Source: a metagenome
Reading direction: 5' to 3' (one strand)
Sequence record: k141_1720717
DNA length: 5,570 nucleotides
Shown here one piece after another: positions 1-5,570 of the stretch. Within the stretch, counting starts at the first letter, position 1; each line of letters opens with the position of its first letter. Under the pieces are notes generated by a model. That model was given only the letters and a program-made list of their open reading frames with translations. It ran no database searches and had not been told where the DNA came from. The translations under genes and the position numbers were made by a program.

Positions 1-58
1 CGACGACCCTTCGCCTCGCGGCGACGTTCGCGTCGCGAGCGATCGCGTCATGTGCCGT

Positions 59-78
59 TCGCTCGCTCGCTCGCTCGC
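59..78. repeat. Tetranucleotide microsatellite (tcgc)5
   Basis: Five perfect tcgc units are read directly at 59-78. Confidence 0.9.
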
Positions 79-113
79 GCGTCGCGTCACCGTGTGTCGA
101 TTCGCGTCACGCG

Positions 114-161
114 CGGACGCACCGCGGCCGGATCGGACGCACCGCGGCCGAATCGGACGCA
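114..161. repeat. 20-bp tandem repeat, ~2.4 copies (cggacgcaccgcggccgRat)
   Basis: Copy 1 at 114-133 is cggacgcaccgcggccggat. Copy 2 at 134-153 is cggacgcaccgcggccgaat, with one mismatch. A partial third copy at 154-161 reads cggacgca. Confidence 0.9.
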
Positions 162-187
162 TCGCGCCACACCCCGCCGCGACGCGC

Positions 188-227
188 CCGCTGGCGACGC
201 GTCGCGTCCGCTGGCGACGCGTCGCGG
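188..227. repeat. 20-bp tandem duplication (ccgctggcgacgcgtcgcgK), each copy containing the 12-bp palindrome gcgacgcgtcgc
   Basis: Copies at 188-207 and 208-227 are identical at 19 of 20 positions. The palindrome gcgacgcgtcgc lies at 194-205 and 214-225. A related palindrome, gcgacgtcgc, lies at 354-363. Confidence 0.9.
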
Positions 228-495
228 CGGGGTGCGACGCGATGCGGACGAACGCGAACGCGCGCGCCGGCGCCGCCGCGTCGCCGCGTCGACACTCGGC
301 GCGCGTTCGAAATCGAATCGCGCGCGACGAACCGCGTGTCAACGTGTGCGTCGGCGACGTCGCGCTGAGGTGAACGCGCGCTCGGCTGTGAAGGAGAAAA
401 AAGGTACGCATCGAACGCGCGCGACGGTGGGGCGTTGAACCGCTCGCGTCGGCGCGGCAGGGGCGTCACGACGAGATCGTTGTCGCCGATCGCGG

Positions 496-534
496 CGCTC
501 CCCGGCGGCGCGGTTTTCGCGCCGCCGGGGGGCG
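496..534. repeat. GC-rich inverted repeat / hairpin: 13-bp perfect stem (17 bp with one G-T/U wobble) and a 5-nt loop
   Basis: The arm ccccggcggcgcg (500-512) pairs perfectly with cgcgccgccgggg (518-530) across the loop gtttt (513-517). Pairing extends through 496-499 with 531-534 (c-g, g-c, c-g, t-g). Confidence 0.85.
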
Positions 535-660
535 AGCGACGGCGCGATGGCGATGGATCAGCGCGAAGACGACGCGCGATATTGTTTCGCGTCGATGGAG
601 TTCGCGTGAGGGCGCGGAGGACGACGTTGCGGGCGCGAGCGGTGGGACGGGGGAGGGGCG

Positions 661-689
661 CCGCGCGGGCATCCGCGCGGGCATGGCAT
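661..689. repeat. 12-bp tandem duplication ccgcgcgggcat x2 plus a partial ggcat
   Basis: Identical copies are read at 661-672 and 673-684. A partial copy follows at 685-689. Confidence 0.85.
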
Positions 690-814
690 GAGCGCGACGA
701 TTCTCGTACGCCAGGGACGAGCTCATAAGAACTGACGGAGAGTCGTAGCACAGCGCGCAGGTTGCGAGCGTTGACGCGCACAAAGGTGGAAAGAGGCGTC
801 GGTTTGGTGGAGAC

Positions 815-2338
815 ATGGTCGCCGACGATGCCACGGTGGTTCGGGTCACTGAGGCGCCAAGTCCTGAGGCCGTCAGTGAGGGGGGGATCTTGCGCATTCC
901 CAAAGAGCACCGCGAACGCATCAAACGAGGAGTTCGCTTACCGCCGATTTATGCAAGCGAAGTTGTTCCACGTCGCACGCTTGGAGATTTGGAGGCTAGG
1001 GCAATCAAAGAGCTTCAAAAGCAGCAGGTGGTGTTCGCCAACGAAGTCGAAGGTCTCGGTTCGCCCGGGCCAGTACACGTACCGGCAGGGGCCCGCGCGC
1101 TCGTCGTGGGAAGATACGCTCCCTATGACGAACACACCAGTGATGCTCCCCACGACGGTGGAGTGTTCCTCATATCCAACGAGCAATCGAAAATGGACGG
1201 GCTGCCGAGGCTACCGATCTACAAGATTGGCAGCCCTTCCATTGCATGGTTCGCGAACCGCGTGCGTCAACCGCAAGAAGACGAGCTCGTTCGTTTGCTT
1301 CATGTCGGCGGCAGCGCGTGCTACGTTGAGCTCGCTTCATACACCTTTACGTCGAACTTTGCGTTCTTCGACGTGTACCCAACTGAACGTCATCCGAAAT
1401 CATGGCCATCACACGCGGCTTGCGCAGGAAATCGCAACATCGACGTCTTGGTAAAGGCCTCTATCGAGCTGGCGACGGCGCTCCAGCTTCCTACAGTTGT
1501 GTGGGGAAGTGAGAAGCCGGTCAAGAAGAACGAGGGATACCGTATGCACGAGGTAGCTCTGGGAATTCCTGGCGCGCTTCAAGTGCGCCATCCAACCTAT
1601 TTTCTCAAGGCGAGAACATCCACGAAGGACGACGAAGTGGACCGTCTTGACGACGCGATCGCAAAGCTGCAGGTGAACTTCAAGCGGACGATCTCTGAAG
1701 CGCCGTGCCGCAGATGGTTGGAAACTTTACGACTGCAACACGGCGTGGACGCCACAGTTGAGTACGAGCAGACGCGCTCTGCTCGCCAGCGCGGCGGAAA
1801 AGCATGCAAAGGTCATACCCGAACAAACGAGCAGATCGAGCAATGTGCCGCTCGCTTATTGGCGACGATACCCGAGCTAACGAGAGATTCAGCCGTGATG
1901 TTTGCTCGGATGACGGACGCGAAGAAGCTCGATTACGCCAACAAGGAGAATCTCCAGCACCAGATGACAGCTCAGAAGATGACCGCCGGTAGGAAGGGAG
2001 GTCGCGCGGGGCTCAAGTTCCAAGAATACGGCCGCTTAGACAATCGAACAATCGAACGTCTAAGCGAGAAAGTTGATACAGTTCTTCAAGAGCAAGAGTT
2101 CGCTGCGATGCGAGCTCTTTTGACGCGCGAACAAATCGTCAACTGGATCGCTTTGAACCGAGAGGCTTTTCGTGCCCGGTGCGGCACAACGTCGTATACT
2201 CCAGACTTTGTATTGCTCGTCGGGGGCACTGAGAAAGAACATGCTCGACGGCTCGGATGCAACTCATATCTTAGGACAGTGCGGTGCTTAATCACGCACT
2301 TCTCCGACTTCATTCTGGCGAACAAAATGACGCTGTGA
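815..2338 (+). CDS. Hypothetical protein, 507 aa, orphan ORF in the low-GC island. It may have a degenerate UDG-superfamily-like core (aa ~90-270) followed by an uncharacterised, charged, probably helical C-terminal half.
   Basis: An uninterrupted 507-codon frame lies in roughly half-GC DNA, where stop codons are frequent, so it is unlikely to be chance. It starts at ATG 815 (G at -3, G at +4) and ends at TGA 2336-2338. The amino-acid composition is balanced and protein-like, not the Arg/Ala/Pro bias of shadow ORFs. The competing frame (762-1454) is shorter and low-quality. The function call rests only on weak motif resemblance recalled from memory: LVVGRYAPYDE, GGVF, GLPRLPIYKIG..NR, LPTVVWGSEKP and RHPTYFLKA, in that order. 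Confidence 0.75.
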   Translation: MVADDATVVRVTEAPSPEAVSEGGILRIPKEHRERIKRGVRLPPIYASEVVPRRTLGDLEARAIKELQKQQVVFANEVEGLGSPGPVHVPAGARALVVGRYAPYDEHTSDAPHDGGVFLISNEQSKMDGLPRLPIYKIGSPSIAWFANRVRQPQEDELVRLLHVGGSACYVELASYTFTSNFAFFDVYPTERHPKSWPSHAACAGNRNIDVLVKASIELATALQLPTVVWGSEKPVKKNEGYRMHEVALGIPGALQVRHPTYFLKARTSTKDDEVDRLDDAIAKLQVNFKRTISEAPCRRWLETLRLQHGVDATVEYEQTRSARQRGGKACKGHTRTNEQIEQCAARLLATIPELTRDSAVMFARMTDAKKLDYANKENLQHQMTAQKMTAGRKGGRAGLKFQEYGRLDNRTIERLSEKVDTVLQEQEFAAMRALLTREQIVNWIALNREAFRARCGTTSYTPDFVLLVGGTEKEHARRLGCNSYLRTVRCLITHFSDFILANKMTL

Positions 2339-2828
2339 GGAACATATTGTATATTATTTTGATTTTGTACTTGTACGTCTTTCGCCACCGTGGCCAACGT
2401 CCTCACGTCACATCGATCGTCATCGCACCGTCACGACGTGATACAGGACCATTAATACAAGGCCATAAAAAAGAACGAACCAGTGCTGCAAAAGCATCCG
2501 TCAATGTTGACAACACGGCATCACATTTGCATCACGTGCGCACGGCCGCGCTAACGCGTACCTCCGCGACCCGTGCGCGCCCGATCCCATCAGCAGAACG
2601 CGCGTATCCACAGCCGGATCGACGCACAGGCTACCGCGCGCCTCTCCAACCCCAACGGGCCGCCCCCCCTCCGCCTACGGCTCGTATGGTGACACAAGCT
2701 CTCGATTGACCGCGCCGCTTTTGCGGGCACGGAAAGATTCAAAACTGTTAGGACTACTACCGCTGTAATACACACACGTCGACGATTCATGACTAGTCAG
2801 CGTCAAGGGGACTCCTCCTTGAAGTGGC

Positions 2829-3127
<299 letters not shown>

Positions 3128-3214
3128 AAATCACGACAAGGATCGGTAAATGTTACGGTTTCGTCCCCCGACGCGGACGGACGCCGCGCGCGCGCGCGGC
3201 CGCTCTTCCACGTC

Positions 3215-3811
3215 ATGGCGTCCTCGTACGTCCCTCGCGCGCTGAACGCGGCGGATCTCGCGAGCGTGCGCGCCGACATCGAGCGTCTTCGCGCCGCGTC
3301 CCGATTCCGCGCCGAACGCGCGTCGTTCGCGCGCGGACGCGTCGCCGCGGCGCTCGAACCGACGTCCGCGACCGCGACGGCGCTCGCGTCGCGCGCGGTC
3401 CTGGAGACGCTGCGCCGCGTCACGGGCGAGCGCTCGCTCGTGTTGGGAGATTTCCCGCTCGAGGCGCGCGTGTGCGGCGTCGGGGCGGCGATGGATTGGC
3501 ACTCGGACGTGGCGCTGTACGAGCCGGCGCAGTGGGAGGTGGTGTGGACGGCGCGGAACGAGAGCGACTCGACGACGGAGTGGGAGGAGGTCGTCGTGGA
3601 GGCGGATGGACGGGAGGTGATCGTGACGCGGAGCGTGCGAACGGAACCGGGGTCGGCGCTGGTGTTTCGAGCGGGGTCGGCGCTTCGGCATCGGGTGCTT
3701 CCGGCGACACGCGGCGAGCGCGTCATCATCAAGGCGCTGTACACGGCGGAGACGCGAACGAAGACGGAAGAATTCGCCGAGGCTCTGGATTCGGCGCCGT
3801 GGCGGCGGTGA
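3215..3811 (+). CDS. 2OG-Fe(II) oxygenase superfamily protein (prolyl-4-hydroxylase/PiuC-like small dioxygenase), 198 aa
   Basis: It starts at ATG 3215 (G at -3, G at +4) and ends at TGA 3809-3811. The iron-binding facial triad is readable: H96-S-D98 (MDWHSDV, nt 3500-3508) and H159 (ALRHRV, nt 3689-3691). Arg169 sits 10 residues after the second His (GERVIIK), the usual 2-oxoglutarate C5-carboxylate-binding position. The segment EPGSALVFRAGSALRHRVLPATRGERVIIKALY matches the classic P.G.lv.F....H.v.Pv..G.R pattern. Third codon positions are very G/C-rich, as in the flanking DNA. Confidence 0.85.
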   Translation: MASSYVPRALNAADLASVRADIERLRAASRFRAERASFARGRVAAALEPTSATATALASRAVLETLRRVTGERSLVLGDFPLEARVCGVGAAMDWHSDVALYEPAQWEVVWTARNESDSTTEWEEVVVEADGREVIVTRSVRTEPGSALVFRAGSALRHRVLPATRGERVIIKALYTAETRTKTEEFAEALDSAPWRR

Positions 3812-3830
3812 GTGGTGGTGAGGTGCAGTG

Positions 3831-3880
3831 AAGTTGCGTTCAGTTGCGTTCAGTTGCGTTCAGTTGCGTTCAGTTGCGTT
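3831..3880. repeat. 10-bp tandem repeat (cagttgcgtt) x5 in the convergent intergenic spacer
   Basis: The first unit at 3831-3840 is aagttgcgtt, which differs at its first base. Four perfect cagttgcgtt units follow at 3841-3880. The array lies between the stop of 3215-3811 (+) and the stop of 3911-5353 (-). Confidence 0.95.
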
Positions 3881-3897
3881 GAAATTGTTTCAGTGTT

Positions 3898-3913
3898 GTC
3901 AGTCAGTCAGTCA
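3898..3913. repeat. Tetranucleotide microsatellite (gtca)4 overlapping the hydrolase stop codon
   Basis: The sequence gtcagtcagtcagtca is read at 3898-3913. The last tca (3911-3913) is the complement of the TGA stop of the minus-strand CDS. Confidence 0.9.
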
Positions 3914-5353
3914 CGTACTAGAAGGTCGGGTAGTCCCCGAAGCCTCGTCTCCCTCGCCGTCGCCCTCCCCCACCGCTCTCATCACCACCTCTTCTTTCCG
4001 CCAATCGACGTGTCTGCGAATAAATTCAATAATCGCGCCGCTCCAAAACTCTCGAATGTGTTTGACGATGTCGTAGTCCTCCTTGGTCGTCGCGATGACG
4101 AGCTCGGCGTGCGGAATCAAATCCTTAATCGTCATCGCGCTCGAAACCGGGTGGGTCATGTCGCCGCAATCCCACGCCAGACAGAGCACGGGCACGTTCG
4201 CGAACGCCTCGCGCACGCGCTCGGGCTCGGGAAGGTTGGACTGCGCCGAGCCGATGAGCACCTCCACGGCGCACGAGTCGTTCGGGTTCGCCAGCGGCGG
4301 CGGCGCCGGATCCACGGGCTGATCGCGCGCAGCCTGGAACACGCGCCTGGGCGCAGTGGAGTTTTCCGTCGCCACGCCGTCAGCCACCTTCTTCTTGAGC
4401 TTTTTCTTCCGCGACTCGCGCTCCTCGTAAAACGTCGGCGGCGTGACGATGACCACCGCCTTGGGCATATCCGTGCCGCACTCGTGCGCGAGCACGGTGG
4501 CCCAGATGGCCGTCGCGCCGCCGAGCGAGGTGCCGGCGTAGACGACTTCTCCCCCGTCATCCTGTCGGATCCGTCTCGCGACCTCGATCATGTCGGAGGC
4601 GCGCCCGTCCCAACGCGCCTCTCGCGCGCGGCGCACGTCGCTCGACCTCCCGTATCCTCGCGCGTTGTACCTCGCCACCGCGATCTCACCCAAATCCTCG
4701 CGCGCCCAAAAATTCCACAACCCCTCCTTATCATCATTCCACAGGTGTCCCCGCATGCCGTGCGCCCAGACGACGAGCGGCCTCGCCCGCCGCGCCGGCC
4801 GTCCGTCTCGCGCCCGCTCCCGTCGCGCGCGACAATCCAACCCCAGATTCGTCGTGCACATCTCCAACTCCCCTCCGTCCTCACACACCGCCACCACCTC
4901 GTGCACTAAATCATACCTCCCGTACCTCTCACTCCGCACCCTCGTCGGTCGCGCGGGCCCTCGCACCTTGCCATCCCACACGTTCGCGCTCGCCTCCGCC
5001 GCCGCCCGCTCCACCCAATCCTCCGCGTCGCTCTCACCCGGCTCGTCGTCCCCGCGCGACTGTCGCCGCAGCGCCCGCCGTGCGACCAACATGGCTCGAA
5101 AAACATCATCAGCCGCTCGTCGCACCCGCGGATGCGTCGCGGGAACGATCGGGACGACGAGATTCGCCGTCATGAGACGCGTCGACGCGGCGCGCATGAG
5201 ACCGCTCTTTTGTGACGCGAGCGTCGGCGTTTGGCGCGTCGAGACGTCGTCCGCGTGCGTCGTTTCGGGGCGCACGACGCGCGCGAAGATATCGGCGAGC
5301 GCGTCCGCGAGCACGGGCTCGGGGGGGGCGACCGCGGAGTCGGGGGGGTGCAT
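3911..5353 (-). CDS. Alpha/beta-fold hydrolase (serine hydrolase/esterase-lipase-like), 480 aa, with a long N-terminal extension
   Basis: It starts at ATG (complement of 5351-5353, A at -3) and ends at TGA (complement of 3911-3913). The HG oxyanion-hole motif is PLVVWAHGM (aa 192-200). The nucleophile elbow G-x-S-x-G is GTSLGG (aa 274-279, nt 4517-4534, Ser276). The acid candidate follows a beta-strand in VPVLCLAWDCGD (aa 387-398). The order and spacing of these elements fit the alpha/beta-hydrolase fold. The exact start is uncertain because internal Met53 and Met61 are possible alternatives. Confidence 0.85.
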   Translation of the reverse strand: MHPPDSAVAPPEPVLADALADIFARVVRPETTHADDVSTRQTPTLASQKSGLMRAASTRLMTANLVVPIVPATHPRVRRAADDVFRAMLVARRALRRQSRGDDEPGESDAEDWVERAAAEASANVWDGKVRGPARPTRVRSERYGRYDLVHEVVAVCEDGGELEMCTTNLGLDCRARRERARDGRPARRARPLVVWAHGMRGHLWNDDKEGLWNFWAREDLGEIAVARYNARGYGRSSDVRRAREARWDGRASDMIEVARRIRQDDGGEVVYAGTSLGGATAIWATVLAHECGTDMPKAVVIVTPPTFYEERESRKKKLKKKVADGVATENSTAPRRVFQAARDQPVDPAPPPLANPNDSCAVEVLIGSAQSNLPEPERVREAFANVPVLCLAWDCGDMTHPVSSAMTIKDLIPHAELVIATTKEDYDIVKHIREFWSGAIIEFIRRHVDWRKEEVVMRAVGEGDGEGDEASGTTRPSST

Positions 5354-5570
5354 AGTGAGGACGCGCTCGGGCGGAGGTCGCGGGCGGGACGACGAGACGC
5401 GGCGGACGCGACTCGAGCGCGCGCGATGTCACGGACGTGGATGCGATTGTGTTCGCGTGATAACGGTGCGCTAGCGCGCGAGCGCGCTGGCGAGGCGCAC
5501 GGCGGCGCGAAAGGCGCGGACGCGGGACGCGGAGGAGAGGCGACGCGCGGCGGCGGGCGCGGCGGGCGCG

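Noticed and set aside
496-534. The GC hairpin considered as a Rho-independent terminator
   Set aside because: There is no T/U tract downstream of the stem on either strand, and the genomic context does not look bacterial.
50-924. Overlapping ORFs 50-373(+), 52-438(+), 435-728(+), 107-910(-) and 466-924(-)
   Set aside because: Their translations are Arg/Ala/Pro/Ser-rich low-complexity strings and they overlap one another in several frames. Frame 1 and its antisense frame are open simply because stop codons are rare in this GC/CpG-rich DNA. Tandem repeats run through them, and 107-910(-) and 466-924(-) collide with the start of the much better ORF 815-2338.
1160-1231. GVF...YKIG (aa 116-139) read as a GIY-YIG / T5orf172-type nuclease motif, which would suggest a homing endonuclease
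   Set aside because: The two half-motifs are separated by 17 residues rather than the canonical ~10-11. I could not place the downstream conserved Arg/Glu/Asn pattern. The same residues fit at least as well into the UDG-like alignment. It is kept only as an alternative to test by profile search.
762-1454. ORF 762-1454 (+), 230 aa, overlapping ORF 815-2338 in another frame
   Set aside because: It is shorter than the overlapping 507-codon frame. Its product is Ser/Arg/Thr/Cys-rich and lacks the regular hydrophobic patterning seen in the 815 frame. It is most likely a shadow ORF.
2790-2799. The 10-bp palindrome tgactagtca, and a weak stem ccgc-tttt-gcgg at ~2712-2723
   Set aside because: Several 10-bp palindromes are expected by chance in 5.5 kb. 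The 4-bp stem is too weak to be meaningful and is not followed by a T-run.
3831-3880. The decamer array considered as a CRISPR-like array
   Set aside because: The units are only 10 bp long and directly abutting with no spacers, so this is a simple minisatellite. No cas-like genes are present.
3812-5474. ORFs 3812-4909(+), 4590-5474(+), 4156-4560(-), 4588-4884(-), 4906-5109(-), 5109-5432(-) and smaller ones
   Set aside because: They are antisense or off-frame shadows of the hydrolase CDS and are rich in Arg/Pro/Ser. ORF 5109-5432 begins at a GTG. None carries a recognisable motif, whereas the 3911-5353 frame carries HG and GxSxG in the correct order.
5471-5570. An open minus-strand frame entering from the right edge and ending at TAG (complement of 5471-5473). 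It translates as ...APAAPAAARRLSSASRVRAFRAAVRLASALAR*, possibly the 3' end of an upstream neighbouring gene.
   Set aside because: Only ~32 codons are visible, the composition is Ala/Arg-rich, and open frames of this length are common by chance in such GC-rich DNA. It cannot be supported from this window.

Overview
This 5.57-kb window is very GC-rich, CpG-saturated DNA interrupted by a lower-GC island of about 2.4 kb (roughly 720-3160). Three ORFs look genuinely coding. (1) 815-2338 (+) encodes a 507-aa orphan protein inside the island. Its codon usage and amino-acid composition differ clearly from the neighbours. I do not recognise the family, but aa ~90-270 carry an ordered string of weak motifs reminiscent of the uracil-DNA-glycosylase (UDG) superfamily. 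(2) 3215-3811 (+) encodes a small 2OG-Fe(II) dioxygenase-fold protein with a clear HxD...H...R signature. (3) 3911-5353 (-) encodes an alpha/beta-fold hydrolase with an HG oxyanion motif and a GTSLGG nucleophile elbow. Genes 2 and 3 converge on a 99-bp spacer that is largely filled by a 10-bp x5 tandem repeat and a (gtca)4 microsatellite. The first ~740 bp are non-coding-looking and packed with short tandem duplications, palindromes and one very stable GC hairpin. The other entries in the ORF track are Arg/Ala/Pro-rich shadow ORFs of the kind expected in high-GC DNA. I found no rRNA, tRNA, CRISPR array, transposase or recombinase. Several features suggest a compact GC-rich eukaryotic nuclear genome (prasinophyte-type green alga style) rather than a bacterium. 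These are the absence of Shine-Dalgarno sequences, a purine at -3 of all three ATGs (G at +4 in two), TATA-like boxes and long non-coding spacers. That origin is inference only. The most interesting object is the compositional island with its orphan ORF. Nothing in the window can be called a defined new system from sequence alone.
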